From Euprymna scolopes (Eukaryota): a stretch of DNA of 64,000 nucleotides. Shown piece by piece: positions 40,784 through 53,300 of the stretch. The DNA lies in the NCBI GenBank assembly GCA_053919585.1, contig CM132785.1. One strand, written 5' to 3'. Position 1 is the first letter of the stretch. The number at the start of each line of letters is the position of its first letter. The position numbers and the translations under genes are program-made. The notes under the pieces were generated by a model. That model searched no databases. It saw only the letters and a program-made list of their open reading frames with translations, and had not been told where the DNA came from.

Positions 40784-41740
40784 TTTTTTTAAATTCAATT
40801 TTCACCCCAAACAAGGCACAGTGCCACTTTGAAGCAGGGGGCTACCATTAGGGAATTAATTAGCGGGGTTATTATGAAGGGAGAAGAGTAGAAAGATGTT
40901 TGTTAACATTACACTTGAACTTCTGCATATCATTGCAGTTGGGAAAGCAGAATCCCGGAAGGGAGTTCCAAAGACCCGCAATTCTGGGGAAGAAACTATT
41001 GGAGTAAAAGGCTTTCTTGCACCTAGGGATCTCCACTGTAAAGGGATGAGACTTAGTAGCTTGTCGGGTTTGTCGGGGGTAGTTACGTCGGGGAGGTACA
41101 AGTGTTTGCAGTTCGCCAGAGCATTCACCATTAAAGTATTTGTAGAACAGGCAGAGGGATGCAACATCTCGTCGATGGGACAGAGGTTGAAGCCTAGATG
41201 ACAGTTCAGGACCTATCAGGTTGGCGACTCTTTTTTGGACCCTGTCCAGGAGCGAGAGACAAGCAGCAGATGCACCAGCCCAGATGTGGCAACAGTACTC
41301 CATACATGGGCGAATGGTTGCCTTATAAAGGTATAGGATACTGGCAGGCGTAAGTAGTTTTCTAGCACGGTAGAGGGAGCCAACCTTCCTTGCAGCAGCT
41401 TTGGCAATGCTCTCAATGTATCTATTCCAGTTCATATTCTCTGTAAACGTTAGGCCGAGGAGTTTAAAAGAAGGACTTTCAGACAATGTGTTCTTGGCCA
41501 TTGCTATTGGTGGTAGAGAAGGTTACTTGTAGTTATTGAAGGAAACAAGCTTAGTCTTTGCAGCATTGAATGAGACCAACCATTTTTGTCCCCATTCCAC
41601 TACGGATTGGAGGTCATCCTCTAGTGTTTCTGCCATTTTCCTGGATATGTGTTCATTTGTTTTCCCCTCATATCTGTTATAGAGAGTGGTGTCATCGGCA
41701 AATATACCCATCTTTAGAACAATATTATGAGGGAGGTCGT
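40784..41740 (-). mobile_element. CR1-group LINE (family B), 5'-truncated copy with nearly intact RT C-terminal frame
   Basis: ORF 41523-41711 (MGIFADDTTLY, RT catalytic motif) and ORF 40872-41501 (LYKATIRPCMEYCCHIWAG, LQPLSHRRDVASL, SFFPRIAGLWNSLP) are in the same frame, separated by one TAA. A short A-tail lies at 40784-40790. Confidence 0.95.
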
Positions 41741-42102
41741 GTATAATTAATAAAACTCTAGTCCATCACCTTACAGCTGCTAAACTCCTGACCGACAATT
41801 AATATGAATTTAGGCAAGCCCGTCCCATAGAAAAAGCCATACCAGTAATATCTGAACGTATATAACCTTCACTTGTAAAAAAAGGGAAGGTAGAGCGGTA
41901 GGTTTCGAAATGTCTTAGGTTTTTGACAGAATATTGCACGACGATCTTCTAAGGAAAATTCGATATGTTATCACTGGAAGAATGCATAATGCAATTCTTA
42001 ATTAAACAAGAGAAAACTCCAGGTTGTCTACAACAGTCGTACATTTAAACAACAGGAAATAATTGCGGGAGTACCTTGGACCTTTATTGTTCTTGATATT
42101 TA

Positions 42103-42258
42103 TAAACAAATTCCTGATGAACCGCCCTCTTAAGTAAGGCACGTTATCAAATCTCCAATACGAACTAATACTACAATTCCTTAATTATTGTACACGAAAT
42201 AACCCTTATCCCTGAATGGCTTCCGGTCCTTTATAAGTTGAGATCTACATGTAAAAAA
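42103..42258 (+). mobile_element. CR1-group LINE family A, extreme 3' fragment nested in the family B copy
   Basis: AAACAAATTCCTGATGAACCGCCC...ATAACCCTTATCCCTGAATGGCTTCCGG...ATAAGT...TGTAAAAAA matches the tails at 63090-63225 and 8288-8430. Confidence 0.85.
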
Positions 42259-42553
42259 CACCCAGATAAAATTGTTTCTGAGATGGGTATATTTACTGTA
42301 TACATGGCATGATGGAAAAATAAAGGAAGGGAAACTTCTAAGGAAATGAAAGAAACACTAGAAGATTACCTCCAAGCTAGAGTAGGATGGGGACAAAAAT
42401 AGATGGTCACATTCAATGCTTCCAGGACTAAGGTTGTTTCCTTCAATAATTACAAGAATCCTCCTCTACCACCAATAGCAATGGCAAAGAACACATTACC
42501 CGAAAGTACCTCCTTTAAACTCCTCGGCCTAAGCTTTACACGGAAGATCAACT

Positions 42554-43393
42554 TGTCATATAGGGGTTCTATTGAGAGAGTTTTAAGAGTGAGTCTTAGA
42601 GGAGAGAGTTTCTTAGAGAGTCTTATTAAGAGGGATGCTGTGAGAGAGATTGTTCGTTCCGTGTTCGTGGTATGAAGGGATTCATATATATATTAAAATG
42701 TTATTTCTTAGGTGCTGATAGAAGAATAAAGCCCTTTGAGTGAGGAAACCTTGTTCAGACCGTCTTAGTGTAGATATGAGATGTAGAGTTCACATTGAAG
42801 ATATGAAATGTGTATGCCATGATATTTTATAACACAGACATATAGACATATAATAACAATTCAATTCACTTTTTTGTAGAATCAGAACACAAGACGGCGT
42901 TTTATAAAAAACACATGATGGGTTTATTTCTTCACAACCGGCCGTGGTTTTCATCATCAAGAATTCAAAGCTTCACATATTAAGTTTCAAAGTGACCGTC
43001 TCTCTTCTAGACGTTCGAATTCCAAACTGTCTCTGAGTTTCTCACTAACTAACTAATTCTCACTTCCTATATTGAGAAATCCATGCATGTCCGGCCAACG
43101 TGACCACAATTCACGTGCCATCAACATGAGCAACCTGCACGTTTCCGATCAACCTACATATCTACTTCATTTAACCCATATTTTATTATCCACATTCTTT
43201 CTAACAATGATAATTTATTTATTATTTATTTCATCCGAATAAACCATTTACTGGACATTCCATTTAAACCTATTGTTTTTTAAAACTTATATCCAGGGTT
43301 CGATTCCTGCTTCCTCTCATTTTATTTTCATTTTAACTAAATCTCTCTATTTTTATACTTACATGAAAAGGGGACAGCCCTTATCATGTAACA
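42554..43393. mobile_element. 840-bp insertion in the LINE, possibly a solo LTR
   Basis: Interrupts the LINE between ATCAACT and CCCTGGAATAG. It starts TGTCATA and ends TGTAACA (TG...CA, imperfect inverted termini). The TSD is only partial (AACT/CCCT). Confidence 0.45.
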
Positions 43394-44278
43394 CCCTGGA
43401 ATAGATACATTGAGAGCATTGCCAAGGTTGCTGCAAAGAAGATGGGATCTCTCTGTTGTGCTAGAAAACTACTTACGCCTGAAAGCATCCTGTACTTCTA
43501 TAAGGTCACCATTCGCCCATGTATTGATTATTGTTGTCACATTTGGACGGGTGCATCTGCTGCTTGTCTCTCCCTCATTGGCAGCCCTCAAAATTGAATC
43601 AACGACCTGATAGGTCGTTCACTGTCATCTAAGCTTCAGCTTATGTCCCATCGACGAAATGTTGCATCTCTCTGCCTGTTCTACAAGTATTTTAATGGCG
43701 AATGCTCTGACGAACAACAGGCACTGTAACTCCCTCGATGTGAATTCCCCCGACAAACCTGACAAGCAGGTAAATCCCACACCTTCACAGTAGAAATCGA
43801 TAAGTTTAAGAAAGCCTTCTACTTCAATAGTTTCTTTCAGAGAACTGCTAGACTTTTAAAATCCCTTCCGGGATTCCGCTTTTACAACTTTGCTGACATA
43901 CAGAACTTCAAGTGTAATGTGAACAAACATTTTCTACTCATCCCTCTTCATAATATCCCTGTGAATTATGTCGCTGATAGTAGCCCCCTACTTCCGAGTG
44001 GCGCCGTTCCTNNNNNNNNNNNNNNNNNNNNNNNNNNNNNNNNNNNNNNNNNNNNNNNNNNNNNNNNNNNNNNNNNNNNNNNNNNNNNNNNNNNNNNNNN
44101 NNNNNNNNNNNNNNNNNNNNNNNNNNNNNNNNNNNNNNNNNNNAAACCAAAATATGGAATTATTTAATACTTGGATTTTTTGCAGGGAATTTAATTATAT
44201 TTATATCAATCTTACATGCATTTCGCTGAATAGCGGAATATCATTAAACAACTAATCAAAGTCAAATTGATGTTCCTC

Positions 44279-44282
<4 letters not shown>

Positions 44283-44334
<52 letters not shown>
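44283..44334. repeat. (TA)n microsatellite
   Basis: Pure run. Confidence 0.95.
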
Positions 44335-44338
<4 letters not shown>

Positions 44339-45239
44339 TTATATTTGTCTATGTGTATGGGCGTGGCTGTGCTTGTCTCTGTGTGTGCATATGTTAGGGA
44401 GTACGCAGAATGTAGGTCACAGTCGGGGATATGAGGCATACTTTTAAAATATAATATCGGCTTTGGTTTAAAAGCGTAAACTTATATGAAAATAAAAATA
44501 GATTTTAAAAACTAAAAAGTAAAAAAATAAAAGATTTAAACCAAAGGGCTTCCAAAAGCCACGTATATTGATTTGTTGTTTTCATCTATTCAAGTAAACA
44601 TTCGAGAAAGGTTATATTAGTGCGTGTGTGCTGGACTGGGGAGAAACAGATATATGTACATACGTATATTTTAATATACACACTTAAAAAAATGTATATA
44701 AATGAAAGATAGCATGAGTAAATTTATGCACATTACCCACTATTATCCGGTGTAGAGACTTTATATACAGAATAAAATAAAGTTCTACCAGAAAACCTCA
44801 AAAGAATTTACTCAAAAGAATAAAACACTTCTCACATCTGTTACCTAATTTTCATCGAGAGAAAAAAAAATCTCCGAAACAAAAGCTTAGGAAACTAAAA
44901 AAAATAAAGCTTACGTGAGTATTACACTTTTATAATATAATGTAATGATTGCTAATACAACGTGCGCATAAAATATTACATTTTCAAAAACCTAATTTAA
45001 CTATATATTTCATCTTTCTATTAAATTTTAGTCTATAAAGTTTGAGAACAGCACAAAATCCTAATCGCTAGATACGCATGCTCACATGTAAGTTACACTT
45101 ACTTTATTCATTTATTTGTGTTGCCCTCATAAAAAATGCCTCAGATTGGCACATAACGAAATTAATGCAAATATCGCCCTGGTCTCTAATTTAAATTATT
45201 CCTTGGTTCCAGTTTAATTTTGAAATTCAACGGAAAAAT

Positions 45240-45835
45240 CAATAAACTTACTAAATACATGTTATTGCAATATAGTAAATCTTGTAAGAATAATCTAAAT
45301 GCTGTTGCAACGTACTAAATTAATGTTATAACACTAAACTAAATGTTGTTTCAATATAGAAACTTTTGTTGTAATATATTAAATAAATGCTATAATAATA
45401 AACTAAATGTTGTTGCAATAATATAATATTGTTGCAATATACCAATTATAATTGGTATAATAATTATTGTTTAAACGTAGTAAATAAATGTTATAGCAAT
45501 GGACTAAAAAACTGTTCCAATATACTAAATATATGTAGTTGCAATATATCAAATAAATGTTTCAACAAATTAAATGCATTTTGTTTAAACCAAACAGTTA
45601 TTTGAACAAATTAAATAAATGGTTTTCGAAAAACTAAATAAATGTTGTTTGAAAAATGTAAATGTTGTGTGAACACACTAGATACATGTTTGAACACACT
45701 ACATAGATGGTGTTTTAACCACGCGAGATAAATGCTGTTTTCAACACACTGAATAAATGTTTCAACACACTAAATATTGTTTAAACGCCTAATTAAATGT
45801 TGTTGAAACACCCTAACTAAATTTTCTTGCAATAA
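45240..45835. repeat. Degenerate minisatellite, unit about 25-28 bp (ACTAAATAAATGTTGTTGCAATAT-like)
   Basis: The motif TAAAT(A)AATGTTG/T recurs at regular spacing. The unit drifts from -GCAATAT- to -AACACAC- along the array. Confidence 0.75.
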
Positions 45836-45897
45836 ATTTTATGTTCATATACAAATTAAATTAAACCGTCGCGAAACAGGTAGGAACGGAGAGTTTA

Positions 45898-46485
45898 TCT
45901 ATAATATAAATCTCACCTGTCTGTTTAAATGTATATATGAATATATGTGTAAGTTTATGTATATATGTATGTATGTTTGTATGTGTCGCAAAAACTTTCG
46001 ACAGAGGCGACAAATTTTCCTGAGATCGAAAGCATTTAAATGCTCGACCCTTCGAACGACAAATATCGAAAAATGGGCCCAAAATATATATTCCGTCATC
46101 CTCAACTAGGCAATTATCGTCAGGGAGGGGTCTCTTTTCCGCCGATATTTTTTAAAAAACAACGCCTCTCTTCGATAGTCTAGACTTAATATAACCGTAC
46201 ATTACTTCCGGTTTTGTGATGGGCGCAACAACCAACGCGTCACTTTTTTATTCACTTCTTTTACCTCCGTCGCAGCACGGGATCGAGACTGTCTGCCTAC
46301 TACCACATTTTTCTTGCATTCGCATTTTTCCCTTTTCTTTTATTTTTGTTTTTTGCTCAACCAACACCCTTAAATATACCTCCTCTTGCTTTTCCGCCTT
46401 CGCGTCATGGGTTCGAGCTTGCCTGCCTAATACAATTTTTTTTGCTCAACACACACCTACAGACAACGCCAGGCACCCAGGCGAG
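45898..46485 (+). mobile_element. Non-autonomous Helitron-like element, about 590 bp
   Basis: 5' end A|TCTATAATATAAATCTCACCTG followed by (GTAT)-rich repeats, and 3' end CAACGCCAGGCACCCAGGCGAG|T. It sits between A and T with no TSD and is homologous to 17460-18160. Confidence 0.72.
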
Positions 46486-46929
46486 TAAAATATTAAATTT
46501 TAAAATATGCAAACACATTGAAAGAAACCAGGTAGGAATATTTAAAGAAACAAATGATAAAATTGAATAAAAGTAGGAGATATTGTATTAATCCAATCTG
46601 TAACTATTTTTTTTTTACTTTTCTGTATGTTAGGCGAGGTATTATGATATCTAATTTTATTTAACGACAAATACGAGCTGTTAAACTAAACAAGGCAATG
46701 AAAAAATAGAATATCACTCTATTTATAACTTATACTAAATAGAAATACTCTCCCCAAGGTAGTAATCGAATAGAATTATCTTCAAATAAGTCTTTCGATA
46801 ATAATTATATTGATGGACCTCATGAACAACACATAAAATAATAAAACTAATAATAATAGAATAAAAGAGATGTCCATTAACCTCACAAGATTATATACTG
46901 TATCAAAAATGATTATATACCAGTAATTT

Positions 46930-48400
46930 CACATCTCCCCAGTTATTCAATGTTTAGAAGACGATCCTGCCACTCAACATTGCAAATAGAACGCAGCCAT
47001 CTTATATGGAAGACATCAAGCTGATTTATATGCTTGCAGTACAAGGTCCACGTTTCGGCACCATACAGAAGAGTAGGCAGATCAACAAATTTGTAAAATG
47101 ACATCTTCACTTTTAGAGACACATCGTGTCTATTCCAAAGTCTGTGTCGAAACCTACCAAATGGCTCACTAGCTTCATTAATTTTTTCTTGGGTGTCATT
47201 TTCACATTTAGAATCATCAGTCACAACAGATCAGAGATATGTAAACGAATATACTGCTTTCAAAGCTTCACCAGCAACATATAACACTGGTTGTGAAGAG
47301 GACGTCGTGTTTGATTTTGGCTGGTGAATAATGTCAGACTTATTTATGCTAATTGTAAGACCGTAGTTATATAGGATGTTCTGCATGTCATCTAGACTAT
47401 GGGTGACAAGAGCACAGTCATCAGCATAAAGGAGATCAAGAACAGTCTGCAGAGAAGTCTTGGTCTTGGCCTTGAACCGTTGCTGGTTAAGTAATCCTCC
47501 ACTTGATCGATACTCAACACCTACAACTCCTGAGGTGTTCTTGAAAGCTGCCTCAAACATCGCCGAAAAGAAAAGAGCAATTAGGATCGGAGCAAGGACA
47601 CGTCTTTGCTTAGTGCCATTATACACTTAAAATGGTTCACGCCAAATCGTACTGTTTCCACTATTTCCCATTAAAGGAGACAATCACAGTCCATTCAATC
47701 TCCGACATGGATAGATTATCAGCAAGCGTCTCGATGATTGGCCTCTGAAAAATATCATCAATCCCTCCTCGATCCACTGTCGATTCTCTATTTAAAATTT
47801 TAAAATGTGCTCCCCAGCGCTTAGTAATTTCTTACTAATCAGTGAGGAGAATGCCCTCCGACGAAAATATTGGTGATGCCCCCTTTTCTCAAAACTTGGT
47901 TTTCCAATCCAATAAAAAGTGTATCCACCTTAAACTTCCTCTAGCTATCCTGTCTCAGCAAACCTAGTTTCAGAAAGAGCTGCAACAGAAATTGTATGAT
48001 ACCTTACCACACGTACTATGATTGTGTTTTTTTTTTGTTCAGGGTTCTTGTTGTTCTCCTGAAGTCGCAATAAACATATTCATTCTATGTATTTTGTTTC
48101 TATTCTTGATTTGGGGGCAAATATTGGATGCTCAGACATCTGCAGTTGATGACAGGGACATAAGCAAGTAAACAATTTTAGGACATCCTTTATAGCCCTT
48201 TTCCTATGAAGAGGAAATCAATGCAATCCTATAAAGGGGAGCTTTGTTATGAAAGGAGGACATGGGTCAGACAATTACTTGCGCGTGTTGTGAAAACTGG
48301 TCATCTACATCTAAACCACCTATGTGTTATGTTCATGCTAGGAAGTACCAGTGACATCCTTCACCTGTTCCTGTCACAATCCCATCATCGTCACAGGACT
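46930..48400 (-). mobile_element. RTE-clade (BovB-like) LINE, degenerate and internally deleted
   Basis: APE endonuclease start (VAALSETRFAETG*LEEVKGGYTFYWIGKP, about 47895-48000). RT in ORF 47231-47626 (GTKQRRVLAPIL, LLYADDCALV). C-terminus in ORF 46943-47224 (LPTLLYGAETWTLY...FHIRWLRSI..V.WQDR). Confidence 0.92.
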
Positions 48401-48479
48401 TATTGATTTATTATTAGTTTTAAAAAAAGCACATGTCGATGTACCAAACCTAAGGCTTAAACGAATTAAATGGTTCACT

Positions 48480-49122
48480 GCGTCAGACGTTTACTCCTCA
48501 TATGAGATATAATATGTACATCAAATCCGTAAACAAGGGTGCTGGACAAATGGTGCGATCGTTCTAACGTTCCAGTAGATATCTCAGTGCTGATGCAATT
48601 ATCTACCTGAATAAGAGATAAGTACGCCCAAACATGGAGTACTGGTGCCACATCTGTGCAAGATCTGCTAGAAGCTTCTTAACCTGCATTGACAGAGTTC
48701 AAAATAGAGTTCCTACTTTAGTGGGTGACGCTTTTTTCCTTTCAACCTCTTTCCCACAGAAGAGAATTTACGAGCCTGTCTTTGATTTATCTTTATTATC
48801 ATGGCAGGTGCCCTACTGAGCGTCAATCTATAGCCCCTTAGTAGCTTGACTTTCAAGAAAAGCACTCGTCTAACTGAAACAACTACCAATAACTTCCTCA
48901 CCTCCTTATCTGTTCCTAAATCTAAACGCAAATTCCATGAACAAAGATTATTTCTATGAACTGCACGCCTGTGGAACTATTCTCTGTTTATCTGCTTCAC
49001 AATTGACTACAATATGATTGTCTTCAAGTTTAACGTAGACAAATTTTTGGTGAGTCATCCCATTAACTTTTACAAAATTTCCACTACTAATGATTTATAG
49101 GACATTTTCCCATTGATTACTT

Positions 49123-49164
<42 letters not shown>

Positions 49165-49230
49165 TATTAACCCTTATCCGCGAGTGGTTTCCGGATGTTG
49201 GTAAGTGGTGACATTTTAGTAAAAAAAAAA
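48480..49230 (+). mobile_element. CR1-group LINE (family A), degenerate 3' portion
   Basis: RPNMEYWCHI, IDRVQNR and TARLWN pieces. The family-A tail ACCCTTATCCGCGAGTGGTTTCCGG...TAAGTGGTGAC and A-tail lie at 49170-49230, with a (TA)n run expanded in the 3'UTR. Confidence 0.87.
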
Positions 49231-50247
49231 TAAACTGATGTCATAATGATTCAGAATTGAAATGATTAGAAACGGGCACATACTTGACACTAAGGAAAAT
49301 CATGCTATGCCTATATAATCTGATTCGTATTAATTGATTTCTGTTTTCAATTCTCCAAATATTAAAGGTCCGAGAGAACATTTTTTATACATCGTTATAA
49401 TATATTAGAAATCGTATGTCGCCATCGCTTTAACACATTCGTGAGGACTCAGCTACACGGGTTTTGCATTAAGAGAAAAGTGATGAAAGCTAAACACAAG
49501 GGAGTTTGGGTAAATTCTTATCTTTATGCTTTTGTTAGTGTGTGACTGACAGTGTCGCAGCTGTATAATTGGACATGTAACAGCGAAACTGCAAACAGAA
49601 ATCCATTAAATATTTTATTTTATTTTCAATTTTCAAATCAGCTGACGTCTATTTGAAACATACTGACACGGAAAAATTAACGAAACACGCGGCCATGAGC
49701 ATACTAACAAATTATCCTCTCGCTGTTCTTTTTAGTCGATGTAACTTCAGTAAAATATTAAGCCAAATAACTTTCCTTATTATTTATTATTACATTATTA
49801 TCGTAAACTTTCATTGAAAATCATTTTCTATAAGCATACTCTATTTTTCTGTAAATTATTGCACGATTAAAATTCAAAAACTCACTGAAAACATCAACTG
49901 TTTAGTGATCTTTTAAAGTAAATTTTAATAGATAACACTACAAAACATGTACGAAATAAAATTTATTAAGATAAAGTAAGTTTAAACATTAAGTAACTTG
50001 AATAGTTCATAAACGTGAGATTAAAGTGAATCCCCGTACAGTAATGAATGTCCTGCAGTGTGTGTCGTGTATGCAAAACCCTGAATATAATGGTATACAT
50101 AGTGGAACGAAAAATGTGTTGATATTAAGAAAATAGCACTACAGGTTTTTTTAAATGTTTATTGAAAAAATGATCAATTGAAGTAACTTATTATGTTCAA
50201 GAACGCACATCTGTTCAATGTAGCTGACTTCAATCTCAATCACTAAC

Positions 50248-50397
50248 CGTATGTGGGTCCGAAATTGGGAGCATGCATTTTCCGAAATCGCCGGAGGAGG
50301 TTCGGCGAATGATTGAACGGTGGTGACTATCAGGCTGCCTTCGATGTTGTGGGAGGTAGGTTGGTTATGTTTTCGACGAATTATCAATGAAATTGTC
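50248..50397 (-). CDS. Candidate 150-nt exon (exon A): 5'UTR plus ATG at 50278 giving MHAPNFGPTY, phase-1 donor
   Basis: Acceptor TTTCTGTCTTCCTCTGATCTTAACTCGCAG| and donor ACG|GTTAGT. It is a GC-rich island in AT-rich DNA. The first ATG is in AAAATG context with in-frame TGA TAG upstream. Confidence 0.5.
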
Positions 50398-53300
50398 CTG
50401 CGAGTTAAGATCAGAGGAAGACAGAAACTAGTGAGTGAAGGGTACACATCATAACAGTACTCCTTAAGACAAGCATGTATCTTTAAACTTGTGAGCCGAC
50501 GCCTAATCCTCCCGTTACACTCAGAGTAATTACCTAATTACGCCAGTGGATAAGCGTACTTTTCAGCACATCCAGATATAGTTAGATGTTGACTTTCAAG
50601 CCGACCTCGAATATGAGGTGGCATGATTTGGCCCTATCTTGAAACCACATCAAAAATAATAAGCGTGACTGAAAACTTCTTTGGGTTTGCCCTCATGCAT
50701 TAATACGCCCGGGTGTCAATTTTGTGGGTTCTGGTAATGGCCTTATTGTCTAAACTTGGATCGATGCATACCCGATCTAGTTCGTTAAACATTGTGCCAC
50801 TTTCAGACATCATATAAGCTGGCCAACTAGTAGATGTTTTACACCAAAAACGCGAACCGGTTTTGTTGGCATGGAATTCGAATCCTGTCGTATAACATCC
50901 TGAAATTGAATCGGAATCCTGTCGTATAAAATGTGTGAATTTCACTCAAGATAAAAAAAACAATAAAAGGTTAATAAATATACGACTATTACTGATATCA
51001 ATCAATATATTTTGCACCGTAAAACAAAACACATATGTAAAGTAAATGTTATCCAATTATAAATATATATATATATGCATATACACATACACACACACAT
51101 ATATATATATATATATGTAACTGTGTGCGTGTAGATATAAAACACGTATATACATATTTGCACATTTATTTGTATCTGTATATATGTATTCTCATATATA
51201 TTTGCATGTCGGTAAAATGAATATGGTTGAAAGGCTGACTTAAATTTACATATGAAATCATAACGATATTATTTGCCATAACTTATCAAACCATCTCATA
51301 AATTATTTACAATCTTATCAAATTTATATTTTAAAATTATTTTAGTATGATTTTTTATGCTTAATATAATCAGAGCAAGTTTATAGACACGTGCGATTAC
51401 TTGTATATAAAAAAATCAGGATATTGTTTGGATCCGAATTTGATTTTTTTATGACAATAAGACAGTAGCATCTTCTGCAGTTTTTGAAGAAAAAACTTTA
51501 TGATTTATTGCAATCGTCATTTGCTTTCATCAAAAAAAGCAAAGTAAAACAGGTGCACTTACATATTTTGAAATATCTTGATATTTTTACTTGTATTAGA
51601 ATTGCATAGTGTATGCAATGAAAGAACAATATTATGAGGTTTTAAAATCTGCTTGTGAGTTTGAAGCTTATATTTACGATTGAAAACTAATGATATTGTT
51701 GACTTATTTCCTTGATATTTAGTGTAAGTTCATTATTTTTTTGATAAGAAAATCGTATTTTATACGATTTGTTGAAGATAAATTTTGTTTGAAGTCATCG
51801 GTAAATAATGGATGTAATGATACCAATGTTCTCATATGAAATACAAAGTGATATTTATATTCGATTTAATCTTCATATCTGTTTTTTTTTCAAACGTAGC
51901 AAGTTATTCATAAATAAAATATAGAATCCAGATGTAAGAGCACCCTTCGTTATCATTCTACCAAAGTGTTATTTCCTAACATCAAAGGCGATCACATTAT
52001 TAAAATGAGATGTTCTCCTACGTGATTGATGAATTATAATCATTTTATAAGTGAGATATTTTGGCATAAACACAAATCGCAAATCAATAATAGATATTGA
52101 ACCATTGCGTTTGGGAGTTCAGAAACAATGGATGACCATACTTATTTTGCGTTTCTTCGAAAACAACTCCCAATATTTTGTTGTATTATAATATATATGT
52201 GTTAGGAATTTTAAAGAAGTTAGAACTTGAGTTATATATATAACGCATAGAGAGTACCGCGGATGTTTGAAATCACTTCTAATGTCTTCTTTAATTATTT
52301 TATTAGATAATTTGAAATCAAAGGGAATTTACTTAGCTTTTTCAAAAGTATAGACTCTCCATGTTCTCGTAAGTCAGGAAAATTTTTTATTGCCTCTTAA
52401 TTGAGTATTTAAATTTATTTGAAACTTAACGTGTATATTTATAGCCATGCCCCTAAATAGGCAAGACCACGTGCATTATCATCCAGCTGATTTTCCCATG
52501 AAAATAAACTTTAAGATAGTATGTAGCTTTCATATTATTATATTAGGAAACTCATAAACCTGACTCATCTGCATGCATGCAAAGACATCACTGTAATAAG
52601 CATAATTTAACACATAGAGTAAATAACAAATGATCGAACATTTCTACACACATTTTTCGTACTAATACATGAGATTCGAATTAGATTTTAGGAAATATAT
52701 TCTTCGTTATTCATTGAAAAGGCAGTGTATTTATTCTGACCTTTCTGCCTTTAACAAACTCGCCTTTACAAAAAAAATAGCAGCAACTTTTTTCCCCGAA
52801 ATAACATCTCCTACAACGCTCCCACTCAACATAGTGTAGAAGTCAACAGAGATAATACTCTCGGAGTACGGCCACATTCCATATATGCTATTCTTTTAAT
52901 TATAATGTAAGACATATGGACGTCATCTGCCATTGCTATGGGACTTTTATACACACCACTTTATATATTAAAACATAATATAACGAGATATTAAAAAAAT
53001 TACTATTTTTACATTTCCGTAAGTCTAGGACTAAAGAATATTCTTTTTCTAGTTTTGACTCTCGAGTATATATCCGTTGATATCTTATATGTTTTTATAC
53101 ACACTGTTGTCGTTCTTAATTGATTAACTGTGTCAGATGTTTACTCAGGGGCCAAAAAGATGATGGGAATATTCTGTTGTCCTATCCCTAGTAGTAAGCA
53201 CAATGGTTCAACTTTTTAAAAGTAAAATGATTCACTTTTTAACCAAAAAAACTCAAGGAAGGTTTCCAATTTCTGCATACATAAATTTGTTTATTTTGAG

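Larger units (their letters stand above)
41765..44011 (+). mobile_element. CR1-group LINE (family B), older degenerate copy interrupted by two insertions
   Basis: Segments 41765-42102 (GPLLFLIFIN), 42259-42553 (EMGIF, VTFNASRTKVVSFNNYKNPPLPPIAMAKNTLPESTSFKLLGL) and 43394-44011 (WNRYIESIAK, YKVTIRPCIDYCCHIWTG). The last two are collinear with the inverted copy at 40784-41740. Confidence 0.9.

Noticed and set aside
50151-50447. 98-aa ORF, or the phase-2 cassette reading of exon A
   Set aside because: It extends through intron-like sequence, and joined to exon B this frame stops after a few codons. It is not fully excluded if other exons intervene.
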